DNA of 59,068 bases from Caldisericia bacterium (GTDB lineage: Bacteria; Caldisericota; Caldisericia; UBA6126): the NCBI GenBank assembly GCA_023146045.1, contig JAGLCW010000017.1, positions 1-59,068 of the forward strand, read 5' to 3'. The stretch's first letter is position 1, and every line of letters begins with the position of its first letter. Position numbers and translations under genes: made by a program. This document shows, piece by piece, positions 14,974 through 24,953 of this stretch. The notes under the pieces were generated by a model. The model worked only from the letters and a program-made list of their open reading frames with translations. It was not told the DNA's origin and made no database searches.

Positions 14974-17114
14974 TGAACTTGGAATTATTGAAAGAGCTCA
15001 ATCTAAACCAAGAAGATTACAAAAAAATTGTAAGTCGTTTGAAGAGAGAACCAGAACTCGTTGAACTTGGTCTTTTTTCTGCTATGTGGAGTGAACATTG
15101 TAGCTATAGAAGCAGTTCAAAATACTTAAAACAGCTTTTTACAGAAGGTGAATGTGTCATTCAAGGACCTGGTGAAAATGCTGGGGTTATTAGAGTAGAG
15201 GGCGACACTTACCTTACGTTCAAAGTAGAAAGTCACAATCATCCATCGGCTGTTGAACCATTTCAAGGAGCCGCAACGGGGGTTGGTGGCATTATTAGAG
15301 ATATTTTCACAATGGGAGCTAGACCAATTGCTGGAATGGATGCTCTTCACTTTGATTATCCATCATCTTCAAAATCAAAATATCTCTTAAATGGTGTTGT
15401 AGAAGGTATTTCCTTTTACGGCAATTGTGTTGGAGTTCCAACTATAGGAGGAGAAACACATTTCTCAGAATGCTATGGCGAAAACCCACTTGTAAACGCA
15501 ATGGCGATTGGAGTATTAAACAAAAAAGATCTTCGCAAAAGCATAGCAAAAACTCCTGGGGCTAAAGTTATATATTTAGGAGCCAAAACAGGTCGTGATG
15601 GCCTTCATGGAGCATCTTTTGCCTCTGGTGTTCTAGATGAAGAAGCTAAAAAAAGAAAAGGAAGCGTACAGGTAGGTGATCCATTCCTTGAAAAGCTTTT
15701 AATAGAAGCTACTTTGCAAATTATTAAAGAAGATCTTGTTGAAGCTATTCAAGATATGGGTGCAGCAGGAATTACAAGCTCATCTGTCGAAATGGCTGGA
15801 AAAGGTAAATTAGGAATAAGAATTGACCTCGAGAAAGTACCTTTGCGTGAAAAAAACATAGACCCAATTGAAATAATGTTATCTGAATCTCAAGAACGTA
15901 TGCTTCTAATAGCAAAACATGGAAAAGAAAAACGCATTGAAGAAATATTAACAAAATGGGAACTAGATTATTCAGAAATTGGTGAAATTACAAATACTGG
16001 TGCTATAGAGATTTATTCTGGCAATACATGTCACTGCAATATGCCAATAATCAATCTTCTTGATCCTCCATTAAACGAAACAAAACCAGTTCGGGATCCC
16101 TCTATTAAAATTACAGTTAACGATGTTCCAGACACAATACCTGTAGACCAAACCAAGAGTTTTTTGCTTAAACTTCTTGAAAACCCATCATATGGATCAA
16201 AGAGTTGGATTCATGACCAATACGATTCAACCTTATTTGCAAGTACTGTTATAGAGCCTGGAATTGGTGCCAGCTGTATTAAACTAGCTGGAACAAATAA
16301 ACAAATTGGAATAACTCTTAACAGCAGAGGGTTACTATGCGCTATAGACCCATATGAAGGCACAAAAACTGTATGTGCAATTGCTGCCAGAAGAATCTCT
16401 GCTCTTGGACTAGCCCCTTCTGCTGTGACAAATTGTTTGAACTATGGAGATCCAACTCAAGAACACACAATTTGGGAATTTTCTGAAAGTATTCGAGGAA
16501 TGAACGATGCATTGTCTGTTCTTGGGGCACCTGTAGTGTCTGGTAATGTAAGTTTTTATAACGAAGGAGAACTGACAAGGATTTTCCCAACACCGGTTGT
16601 TGGTATGGTTGGTATAGGAGATACATCTTTCATTCCAAATAAAGGATTTCAAAACACTGAGTTAGTGTGTGCTGTCATTGGGAAAACTAAAAAGGAATTT
16701 ATAAGATCAGACTCAATTCCACACTTGGATATTACTCTAGAAAACAATACTCAAATTGAGGTTAGATCGCTAATCCAAAACAAATTAATATCCAGTTGCC
16801 AAAGCGTAGACAGGGGTGGTATTTGGTTTGCTTTGTTAAAAAGCATGATGGTTAAACAGATTGGAGTTCACATAGATTTTAATTTTGATGATTTTTATCC
16901 GATTTCATTTTTAATGAGTGAGACAAATAGCAGATTCCTAATCACTTTTGAAAAAGATAATTTCGAAAGAATCAAATCATCTCTAAAAACAACTCCTCTA
17001 CAAATCATTGGTAAAACAACTTTGGATGAATTTTCAATTAAGAACATTCTAAATATTCCTATATCTAAAATTAAACAAGCTTATGATCTGTCTTTTTCGA
17101 AATATTTTGATTGA
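14973..17114 (+). CDS. purL: FGAM synthase subunit PurL (small type)
   Basis: MWSEHCSY, KVESHNHPS, QDMGAAG and MLSESQERM motifs. Confidence 0.97.
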   Translation: MNLELLKELNLNQEDYKKIVSRLKREPELVELGLFSAMWSEHCSYRSSSKYLKQLFTEGECVIQGPGENAGVIRVEGDTYLTFKVESHNHPSAVEPFQGAATGVGGIIRDIFTMGARPIAGMDALHFDYPSSSKSKYLLNGVVEGISFYGNCVGVPTIGGETHFSECYGENPLVNAMAIGVLNKKDLRKSIAKTPGAKVIYLGAKTGRDGLHGASFASGVLDEEAKKRKGSVQVGDPFLEKLLIEATLQIIKEDLVEAIQDMGAAGITSSSVEMAGKGKLGIRIDLEKVPLREKNIDPIEIMLSESQERMLLIAKHGKEKRIEEILTKWELDYSEIGEITNTGAIEIYSGNTCHCNMPIINLLDPPLNETKPVRDPSIKITVNDVPDTIPVDQTKSFLLKLLENPSYGSKSWIHDQYDSTLFASTVIEPGIGASCIKLAGTNKQIGITLNSRGLLCAIDPYEGTKTVCAIAARRISALGLAPSAVTNCLNYGDPTQEHTIWEFSESIRGMNDALSVLGAPVVSGNVSFYNEGELTRIFPTPVVGMVGIGDTSFIPNKGFQNTELVCAVIGKTKKEFIRSDSIPHLDITLENNTQIEVRSLIQNKLISSCQSVDRGGIWFALLKSMMVKQIGVHIDFNFDDFYPISFLMSETNSRFLITFEKDNFERIKSSLKTTPLQIIGKTTLDEFSIKNILNIPISKIKQAYDLSFSKYFD

Positions 17115-17122
17115 GGTGTAGT

Positions 17123-17743
17123 ATGTCTTTAAAAAAAGTAGCAATATTCATTTCAGGAAGAGGAAGCAACCTAGAATCTCTTCTAAAAAAAAGAGACATG
17201 GGAAGAATAAAATGTGAAATACCATTTGTACTTTCAAACCGTGAAGATGCTCGCGGTCTTCAAATCGCGGAAGAAAAAGGCATTAAAACATACTTAATTA
17301 ACCATAGAGACTACCCTGTTAGAAAAGACTTTGAGTCTGCAGTTTTGCAATTAACGGAAAAACATGAGGTAGACATTATTGTTCTTGCTGGTTTTATGAA
17401 AGTTCTGTCTGCATATTTTGTTCGAACATTTAATAAACCAATAATAAATATCCATCCTTCATTACTTCCATCGTTCCCTGGCTTGAACTCTCAAAACAGA
17501 GCATTGGAATATGGAGTAAAATTCGCTGGGTGTACTGTTCATTTTGTTACTGAAGATGTTGATGCAGGACCAATAATTGGTCAGGAAATTATCCCGGTTT
17601 TTAATGACGATTCAGAAGAGTCTATTGCATTAAGAATTCTTGAAAGAGAACATATCTTGCTTTCAGAAGCACTTTCCATTGTTATAAATGGTAATTATGA
17701 AATTATTGGTAGGAGGGTTTTTGTAAACCATGATAAAGATTAA
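17123..17743 (+). CDS. purN: Phosphoribosylglycinamide formyltransferase
   Basis: ISGRGSNL, NIHPSLLPSFPG and GCTVHFV..VDAGPII motifs; ATG 17123 follows GAGGTG. Confidence 0.97.
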   Translation: MSLKKVAIFISGRGSNLESLLKKRDMGRIKCEIPFVLSNREDARGLQIAEEKGIKTYLINHRDYPVRKDFESAVLQLTEKHEVDIIVLAGFMKVLSAYFVRTFNKPIINIHPSLLPSFPGLNSQNRALEYGVKFAGCTVHFVTEDVDAGPIIGQEIIPVFNDDSEESIALRILEREHILLSEALSIVINGNYEIIGRRVFVNHDKD

Positions 17744-19271
17744 AAATGCATTAATTTCTGTCTCCGATAAATCAAATTTACTCGATTTAGCTGAAGTACT
17801 AACACAGAATAGGGTGAAAATTTTCGCTACAGGTAGCACATACAAGAATATTACAGATGGCGGTTTCACTTGCAATAAAGTTTCTGAATATACAAATTTT
17901 CCAGAAATTATTAATGGAAGAGTAAAGACACTTCACCCAAAAGTGTTTGGTGGAATCCTAAGTAGAACAAGAACAAATGGAGAAATTGAAGAGACCGAGT
18001 CATACGATATAATCAAATTTGATTTGGTGTGTGTTAATTTATACCCATTTTCAAAAAAAGCCACAGAAACTAACAATACTGAGTTACTTCTTGATAATAT
18101 CGACATTGGAGGAGTAGCACTTTTAAGAGCTTCGGCGAAGAATTTTCTTGAATGCGTTACTTTATCTAATCCTGATCAATATTTAGAGTTTATTAACACA
18201 CTACAAGAAAACAATGGTCACATACCTGTTAAAACATCAAAGCAACTCATGAAGAAGTCATTTTTGCTAACAAGCATGTACGATGCGTCAATTGTAAAAA
18301 AATTCACCGAAGAAGACAATCAAATTCAATCAATTTACATGTCAAAAAATATTTCTTTAAGGTACGGAGAAAATCCTCATCAATCTGCATCTTTTTGGAC
18401 ACCAATAGACAAACCAAATTGTATTGAACCAATACTTCCATTAGGATGTAAAAAAATTCACGGAAAAGAGTTATCTTACAACAATATACTTGATACTGGC
18501 ATAGGATTAGATCTTATTGATGAATTCAAAGATGTACCAACGTCTGTAATTTTGAAGCACACGAGTCCATGTGGTGCGGCTAGTTCTTCAACAATTGAAG
18601 ATGCATACAAAAAAGCTTTTGCTGGAGATCCAATTTCAGCTTTTGGTGGAATTTTTATCTTTAATAAAGAAGTCACTGCTCCTATTGCAGAACATATAAA
18701 TTCAGTTTTTGTTGAAATTGTTTGTTCACCGTCTTATTCAGAAGAAGCTCTTAAGATTCTTACAAAAAAGAAAAACATACGCATTCTGAAAAGAATAAAG
18801 CATAATTCACTCGATTTGAGAATTAGAGATGCTGGAAATGGTTTCTTGATTCAAGACAAAGACAAAGAACTTTTCAGTAAAATTGAAGTGATTACGGAAG
18901 AAACTCTTTCTGAATCAGATACAGCAGATATTATATTTGGACTACAAACATTAAAATACGTAAAATCCAATGCAATTTTAGTTTGCAAAAACAGACAAAT
19001 TCTAGGCATAGGCGGAGGACAACCAAACAGAATTGATAGCACACGCATTTCTCTATCTCACGCCAAAGAACGTTTTGGTGATTTAACAGGCTCGGTATTG
19101 TGTTCAGACGCATATTTTCCATTTGCTGATTCAATACAAGAAGCCTCAAAATATGGTATTCGCATAGTCGTAGAACCAGGTGGCTCGATTAAAGATAAAT
19201 TAGTAATAGAAGAAGCAAAAAAACTTGGTGTTATTTTAGTATTTACAGGACAAAGACACTTTTTACATTAA
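17730..19271 (+). CDS. purH: Bifunctional AICAR formyltransferase / IMP cyclohydrolase
   Basis: ALISVSDK, GRVKTLHP, LRYGENPHQ and C-terminal RHFLH motifs. Confidence 0.97.
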   Translation: MIKIKNALISVSDKSNLLDLAEVLTQNRVKIFATGSTYKNITDGGFTCNKVSEYTNFPEIINGRVKTLHPKVFGGILSRTRTNGEIEETESYDIIKFDLVCVNLYPFSKKATETNNTELLLDNIDIGGVALLRASAKNFLECVTLSNPDQYLEFINTLQENNGHIPVKTSKQLMKKSFLLTSMYDASIVKKFTEEDNQIQSIYMSKNISLRYGENPHQSASFWTPIDKPNCIEPILPLGCKKIHGKELSYNNILDTGIGLDLIDEFKDVPTSVILKHTSPCGAASSSTIEDAYKKAFAGDPISAFGGIFIFNKEVTAPIAEHINSVFVEIVCSPSYSEEALKILTKKKNIRILKRIKHNSLDLRIRDAGNGFLIQDKDKELFSKIEVITEETLSESDTADIIFGLQTLKYVKSNAILVCKNRQILGIGGGQPNRIDSTRISLSHAKERFGDLTGSVLCSDAYFPFADSIQEASKYGIRIVVEPGGSIKDKLVIEEAKKLGVILVFTGQRHFLH

Positions 19272-19313
19272 TATATACTGCACAAATATTAAACTGTGTG
19301 GAAGGATTTGACA

Positions 19314-20594
19314 ATGAAGTATAATGTTTTAGTCTTAGGAAGCGGGGGTCGTGAACATGCTTTGTGCTGGAAACTATCAAAAAGCACTCTTTTAGGAAAA
19401 CTTTATTGCATACCAGGAAATACTGGGATATCAGATATTGCAGAAACATTTAATGAACCAGATATATTAAATTTTTCTGCTATTGAAGATTTTTGTAAGT
19501 CTCACGATATTCACTTAATTGCTGTTGGGAAAGAATTGCCGCTTGTTTATGGGATAAAAGATTATTTCAAAGATTCTGATATTCTTGTTTTTGGTCCTTC
19601 AAAAAAGGCTGCCCAACTAGAAGGAAGTAAGATATATACAAAAAATCTGCTATCAAAATACAACATACCGTCTGCAGACTATGCTACATTTTTTAACAAA
19701 GACGATGCCGTATTCTACATACAATCCGTTTCAAAGTACCCAATAGTTATTAAAGCTGATGGACTTGCTCAAGGAAAAGGCGTTGTCATTGCTACTACTG
19801 AAGAAGAAGCAGTTAAATCAATTATTGAAATGATGGAATTTAAAAAATTCAAAGAAGCTGGAGAAAAAATTGTAATTGAAGAATTCCTAGTTGGAAGAGA
19901 GCTCTCTTACCAAATATTAGTAAACAATGATCAATACTATGAATTAATGCCATCTCAAGATTATAAAAGAGCATTCTATGGGAACAAAGGACCTAATACA
20001 GGTGGAATGGGAAATATTTCTCCACCGCCTTGGGTAACTGAAGAAATTTTAGAAAATGTTAGAAAGAATATCTCTGAAAAACTAATCAAAGCGCTGTCTA
20101 AAGAAAATAATCAGTACACAGGAATAATGTTTATTGGATTAATGATTGACAAAAACAATCAGCCAAAAGTTCTTGAAATAAATGTTAGGTTTGGTGATCC
20201 AGAAACGCAGGTTATTCTACCTCTACTTGAATCTGATATGCTTTACATAATGCTTACAATTGCCAAGAAAGAAAGATTGCCAGATTCATTTCGTTTAGAA
20301 TGGAATCATGGAAAAACTGCAACTTGTGTTGTTTTAGCTTCAGAAGGCTACCCAGAATCTTATGAAATTGGTAAGCCAATATATGGCATTGAAAACATTC
20401 TTGATTCTGACAATTGCTTATGTTTTCATGCTGGAACTAAAAAAGTAGACGGGGTTTTATCAACAGCAGGAGGAAGAGTATTAAGCATTGTGGGCATTGG
20501 GGCAACAACAGAAGAATCAGTTAAAAATGCATATGATGGAACTAATAAAATTAGTTTCGAAGGAAAAACATTTAGAAACGATATTGGGTCTTAA
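19314..20594 (+). CDS. purD: Phosphoribosylamine-glycine ligase
   Basis: GSGGREHAL, KADGLAQGKGV, GPNTGGMG and RFGDPETQ motifs; ATG 19314. Confidence 0.97.
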   Translation: MKYNVLVLGSGGREHALCWKLSKSTLLGKLYCIPGNTGISDIAETFNEPDILNFSAIEDFCKSHDIHLIAVGKELPLVYGIKDYFKDSDILVFGPSKKAAQLEGSKIYTKNLLSKYNIPSADYATFFNKDDAVFYIQSVSKYPIVIKADGLAQGKGVVIATTEEEAVKSIIEMMEFKKFKEAGEKIVIEEFLVGRELSYQILVNNDQYYELMPSQDYKRAFYGNKGPNTGGMGNISPPPWVTEEILENVRKNISEKLIKALSKENNQYTGIMFIGLMIDKNNQPKVLEINVRFGDPETQVILPLLESDMLYIMLTIAKKERLPDSFRLEWNHGKTATCVVLASEGYPESYEIGKPIYGIENILDSDNCLCFHAGTKKVDGVLSTAGGRVLSIVGIGATTEESVKNAYDGTNKISFEGKTFRNDIGS

Positions 20595-20609
20595 TGCTTT
20601 AAGAAAAAT

Positions 20610-21953
20610 CTATCTAGAAGAATCTTTTTTTAAAAGTAGTTCTTTCTTTTTTACTTGCACATAAAGAGCTGCTTCAATTCTAGTTTTTTGAATTTCACAG
20701 CCTATTTCCCATGAAGCAGTTAAGCTTCCATTCATTCTGTTATTGTTTGCAGAGCATCCGCCACCACAAAGATATCTTGCCCAACAAGTTTTGCACTCTT
20801 TTTTTGAATTTAAATTTGTAGCAGATCTAAATTTTTCTACTATTGCAAGATTAGTTATTCCATCTTTTATTGATCCAATTTTAAACTCTGAATTTCCATC
20901 AAATTGGTGGCATGGATATAAATCACCATCTGGCGACACCGATAAGTACTCTACCCCAGCACCACAACTTGTCATTAGCTTTTCTTTGCATGCTCCAAAT
21001 TCTAGATTTACTTCAAAGTGGTAGAATGAAAATTCTTTGTCTTCTTTGTATGTATCAAGATACCATTTGGTGACATTTTGATATTCTTTTTTGATCATTG
21101 GAATATCTTGCTTAGTAAAACCAATTTTTGTGTTATCAGAAACAACTGGTTCAAATGATATTTTCTTGATTCCTTCAGAATAAAGGTGTTTTAAGTCTTC
21201 TAAAAAATTAATGTTCTTTTTAGTGTATGTTCCTCGAAGATAGTAACCCTCTCCCCATTCTTTAGAAACTGGCTTAATAGCATTCATAACAGTTTCATAA
21301 GTTCCACTGCCGTCAGCTAATATTCTGAATCTATTATGGTTTTCAGGCAATCCATCTTCACTTAATATTAGGCTTACCGTATGGTCGTGCAAGTAATCTG
21401 TCATTTCTTTTGTTAAGAGAGATGCGTTGGATGTTAAGGAAAACCGGAATTTCTTTCCTGTTTTTTCTTCTATAGTTTTAGAGTATTCAATAATATGTTT
21501 AACTACGTCCCATCCTAACAATGGTTCTCCACCAAAAAAATCACATTCTAAGTATTTTCTAGAACCGCTTGTTCTAACTAAAAATTGCAATGCATCCTCA
21601 CCCATTTTTTTAGTCATAATCTTTTTACTAGGAGCTTTACTGCCCTTTTCAAAACAATACGGACACCTAAAATTACAATCTCTTGTTATCATTAAGCAGA
21701 GAGATTTGCATACTCTTGAATCATCAAATGGTAGATTCTTTTCTTTAGCAAAATAACCTTGCTGGACTAGTTTTTTAATCTCATTATTTAATTCTTCGTC
21801 GAATTCATTGCTTTGGATTTTCTTTACATCTTGTTTGGAGCATTCAAATATTGAATTTGATGTTGCATCAAAAATATAGCCACTATCATTCCACTTAAAT
21901 GCATGGATTAAGCCGTTTTTATCTAACTCTTCTATATTGTTTACCAAATCCAT
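20610..21953 (-). CDS. scfB: SCIFF/ranthipeptide radical SAM-SPASM maturase (CteB-like)
   Basis: N-terminal RRE-like segment, CNFRCPYC, DFFGGEPL, SPASM cysteines CGAG.EY..PCHQF..CKTCWARYLCGGGC..N..C; directly downstream of a SCIFF peptide gene. Confidence 0.92.
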   Translation of the reverse strand: MDLVNNIEELDKNGLIHAFKWNDSGYIFDATSNSIFECSKQDVKKIQSNEFDEELNNEIKKLVQQGYFAKEKNLPFDDSRVCKSLCLMITRDCNFRCPYCFEKGSKAPSKKIMTKKMGEDALQFLVRTSGSRKYLECDFFGGEPLLGWDVVKHIIEYSKTIEEKTGKKFRFSLTSNASLLTKEMTDYLHDHTVSLILSEDGLPENHNRFRILADGSGTYETVMNAIKPVSKEWGEGYYLRGTYTKKNINFLEDLKHLYSEGIKKISFEPVVSDNTKIGFTKQDIPMIKKEYQNVTKWYLDTYKEDKEFSFYHFEVNLEFGACKEKLMTSCGAGVEYLSVSPDGDLYPCHQFDGNSEFKIGSIKDGITNLAIVEKFRSATNLNSKKECKTCWARYLCGGGCSANNNRMNGSLTASWEIGCEIQKTRIEAALYVQVKKKELLLKKDSSR

Positions 21954-22111
21954 TTGTAGTTGGTTTTCTTACGCTTTTCGCATGTTTGGTTTCCTATTGT
22001 GCAAGAAGTTTTACATGCTGATTTACAAGGCGTTTGACACTCTCTGCAATTTGTTTTAGCCTGTGAGGAGTCCAATAGTGTTCCTTTAATTCTTAACGTA
22101 ATTTTGCTCAT
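21941..22111 (-). CDS. scfA: Six-cysteine ranthipeptide SCIFF precursor, 56 aa (not in ORF track)
   Basis: Manual translation: MSKITLRIKGTLLDSSQAKTNCRECQTPCKSACKTSCTIGNQTCEKRKKTNYKWIW*. Matches the SCIFF core CxECQTxCxSACKTSCTxxNQxCE; SD GGAGG upstream. Confidence 0.93.
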   Translation of the reverse strand: MSKITLRIKGTLLDSSQAKTNCRECQTPCKSACKTSCTIGNQTCEKRKKTNYKWIW

Positions 22112-22124
22112 TTCAGCCTCCGTA

Positions 22125-22727
22125 TTAACATACTTTTATGTGGTTTTTCAAATTCTTTTCTGAAAGCATTTCCAGAAATTTTTCTTTTTCATCAAATTTT
22201 ATCTCAAATTTTATATGTATATCTTCTTCAAATTCAGATTTTAACATTTTTATTGAAAACTTTTTCATTTCTATTTCAAGCAGTTTAAATGCAGAATAGC
22301 TTACTTTCATTTCTACGATCTCTTTTGCAACATATATCTCCATTTTTGAGTCTTTTAGAGCTTTAACTGCTGAATTTAAATATGCAGTTAGCAGGCCTTT
22401 TCTACCAAGCTTTACTCCACCAAAATACCTTACTACAACAATGGCTCCATTTGCAATGGAGTTTTTTTCTAGTAATGACAATATCGGTTTTCCAGCAGTT
22501 CCATGTGGTTCACCATCATCTGACATTTTCTCAAGTAGCACACCATTTTCTGGTTGTATTCTATAGGCAAAGCAGTAATGTGTTGCGTTTTTGTATTCTT
22601 TTTTTTTAATGTCTAATTGCTTTTTAAAGTCATTTTGAGAATTTACAATTAGCGAAAAAGCACTGAATTTTGATTTTTTAATTTGAAGGAAAGAGGCTCC
22701 TTCGACAATTATTAAATTTCGTGTCAT
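22125..22727 (-). CDS. yigZ: YigZ / IMPACT family protein
   Basis: IKKSKF, ATHYCFAY, SDDGEPHGTAGKP and VVVRYFGGVKLG motifs. Confidence 0.93.
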   Translation of the reverse strand: MTRNLIIVEGASFLQIKKSKFSAFSLIVNSQNDFKKQLDIKKKEYKNATHYCFAYRIQPENGVLLEKMSDDGEPHGTAGKPILSLLEKNSIANGAIVVVRYFGGVKLGRKGLLTAYLNSAVKALKDSKMEIYVAKEIVEMKVSYSAFKLLEIEMKKFSIKMLKSEFEEDIHIKFEIKFDEKEKFLEMLSEKNLKNHIKVC

Positions 22728-22733
22728 GACAAT

Positions 22734-22779
22734 AAAAAAACCAGAATGGGATCATATAGTTTCCCACTCTGGTTTTTTT
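22734..22779 (-). terminator. Intrinsic terminator after oppC
   Basis: A7-CCAGAATGGGA / TCCCACTCTGG-T7 inverted repeat, 7 nt after the oppC stop. Confidence 0.8.
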
Positions 22780-22786
22780 CACTTTA

Positions 22787-23767
22787 TTATTGTTTTAGTT
22801 TTGGATCTAATGCATCCCTGAGTCCGTCACCCAAGAAGTTAAATGATAAAATTGTTAAAAAGATCATAAGTCCTGGCCATACTACCAAATGTGGAGCATT
22901 CCACATAAAGTTTTGTGCACTAGATAACATATTACCCCACGTTGGAGTTGACGGATTTACACCAAGTCCTAAAAATGATAGTGATGATTCAGCCAATATT
23001 GCGCCACCTATAGCTAATGTCATTTGTACAATTAGTATAGCTAGTGTATTTGGAAAAATATGTCTTAAAATTATTCTTGTATTTGTACAACCAATAGCCT
23101 TTGCTGCTTCAATAAATTCGTAGTTCTTAATTTGGAGTACAAGTCCCCTAATCATTCTAGCCGTTCCAGCCCAACCGAATATTATTAATAAGAGAATGAT
23201 ATTAGCCTTGTTCGCGCCAAAGTAAGATGAAAGGGTTACTAAAATTGGTAAAGTTGGGATTGAGAAGAAAATTTCGACTAAACGCATAAGAACTGAATCT
23301 ACCCATCCACCAAAGTAACCTGATATTGATCCAACTAACCCACCAAATAAGCCCGCTGGAATAGCAATAAAAAATCCAATCTCTAGTGAAGTTTGTCCAC
23401 CATATAATAGTCTAGTCCATACGTCTCTACCAACATCGTCTGTTCCTAAAAAATGTCCTGGACTGAATGGTGGTAAAAATCTGTGTGTAATATCTGTAAA
23501 TGAAGGATTTTGTCCTCCACACCAAGTACTAGCACCAAATGCAAGTATAAGTAGTATTAATATGATTGCTGAACCAGTAAGAGCCATTTTGTGTTTTCTA
23601 AAACGTATCCATACCATTTGTGCATATGTGTAATCAACATTACCCATTACTTCGCCGGCTTCATTTTCAATTCCACCAGCTATACCATTGATACTGTCGC
23701 GTTCTTCAACAATTGATTCTTCTTCTTTTTGGTTTAAATCTTGATTCATATTTTTTTTCGTTTTCAT
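22787..23767 (-). CDS. oppC: Oligopeptide ABC transporter permease OppC/DppC
   Basis: HFLGTDDVGRDV, EFIEAAKAIG..RHIFPN and ESSLSFLGLG..PTWG..GDGLRDALDP motifs. Confidence 0.93.
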   Translation of the reverse strand: MKTKKNMNQDLNQKEEESIVEERDSINGIAGGIENEAGEVMGNVDYTYAQMVWIRFRKHKMALTGSAIILILLILAFGASTWCGGQNPSFTDITHRFLPPFSPGHFLGTDDVGRDVWTRLLYGGQTSLEIGFFIAIPAGLFGGLVGSISGYFGGWVDSVLMRLVEIFFSIPTLPILVTLSSYFGANKANIILLLIIFGWAGTARMIRGLVLQIKNYEFIEAAKAIGCTNTRIILRHIFPNTLAILIVQMTLAIGGAILAESSLSFLGLGVNPSTPTWGNMLSSAQNFMWNAPHLVVWPGLMIFLTILSFNFLGDGLRDALDPKLKQ

Positions 23768-23801
23768 TGTTTTTATTCCTTTCTACTGTTGTGATTACTT
23801 T

Positions 23802-24794
23802 TTATCTGTATGTAATACGAGGGTCTAGGAACGCGTATGCTACATCAGCAAGTAAAGTAAATATAACCATCAAAAAGGACATAAACATTAAATCGACCAT
23901 AGCAAGATTGTAATCTTTTTGCATAACTGCATCAAATATCATTTTTCCTACACCTGGCCATCCAAATATTTGTTCAACGATTAGTGATCCAGCGAATAAG
24001 CGTGGAATCATTTGAATAACAATTGTCGCGATTGGAATCATAGCATTTCTCATAGCATGAGAGTAAACTACTTTTCTTTCAGGAATACCTTTTGCTCTTG
24101 CGGTTCTTACGTAATCTTGCCTAATAACCTCAAGCATTGCAGATCTTGTATAGCGCATTAGACCTGCTAAAGAGAGCAGCGAAATAGTTATTACGGGAAG
24201 GATTAAATGCATAATCCTGTCGCCGAATCTTATCAACCACGGCGCTTGCGAGTAGGGAACCATTTGTCCCCCAACGTTTACAAGATCTGAGTACATTCCC
24301 GTGAATGGAAGACCGTATCCTACTCCAAGCCAAAGTATGAGCATTAATCCAACCCAAAAAATAGGTAAAGATTGTCCAGTAAAGGCAAAAAATGTTAAGA
24401 TGTAATCCCAGGTAGAATACTGATTAACCGCAGAAAAAATCCCTAGCGGAATAGCAACAAAAACAATAATTAATATGACAATTGCTTGCATTGCTACAGT
24501 GTTTGGTATTCTATCAATCAAAAGTGGGAGTACGTCCTCTTTGTAAGCACGAGATTTACCAAAATCACCATGGACTGCACCTTTTAACCAGTAAAAATAT
24601 CGTATTCCTGGAGATTTATCCAAACCTTGTTGCTTTTTGTATATATCAATTTGCTGTTGCGTGATATGTGGATCCATTGACTTTAAAATATCTACTGGAT
24701 CTGACATCATATTCAATGCTAAAAATGCTAAAAATGAAATAATTAGCAGAATAAATAGTCTTTGAATCAATTGCCGTACAACATACTGCCACAT
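23802..24794 (-). CDS. oppB: Oligopeptide ABC transporter permease OppB/DppB
   Basis: Likely start MWQYVVRQ (24794); GDFGKS, QDYVRTARAKG and YAFLDPRI motifs. Confidence 0.92.
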   Translation of the reverse strand: MWQYVVRQLIQRLFILLIISFLAFLALNMMSDPVDILKSMDPHITQQQIDIYKKQQGLDKSPGIRYFYWLKGAVHGDFGKSRAYKEDVLPLLIDRIPNTVAMQAIVILIIVFVAIPLGIFSAVNQYSTWDYILTFFAFTGQSLPIFWVGLMLILWLGVGYGLPFTGMYSDLVNVGGQMVPYSQAPWLIRFGDRIMHLILPVITISLLSLAGLMRYTRSAMLEVIRQDYVRTARAKGIPERKVVYSHAMRNAMIPIATIVIQMIPRLFAGSLIVEQIFGWPGVGKMIFDAVMQKDYNLAMVDLMFMSFLMVIFTLLADVAYAFLDPRITYR

Positions 24795-24953
24795 ATACTG
24801 ACCTGCCTTCCGTAATGCATCTACCTTTTGCTCAAATAAACACATAATGGTGGGTTTATTATTCAAGCGAAACAACAGCAATAAACTATTGAAGATCACC
24901 AAAACAAATTTTCTATCGAACTATATTATACAGAAAAACAAAAAAAAACTATG

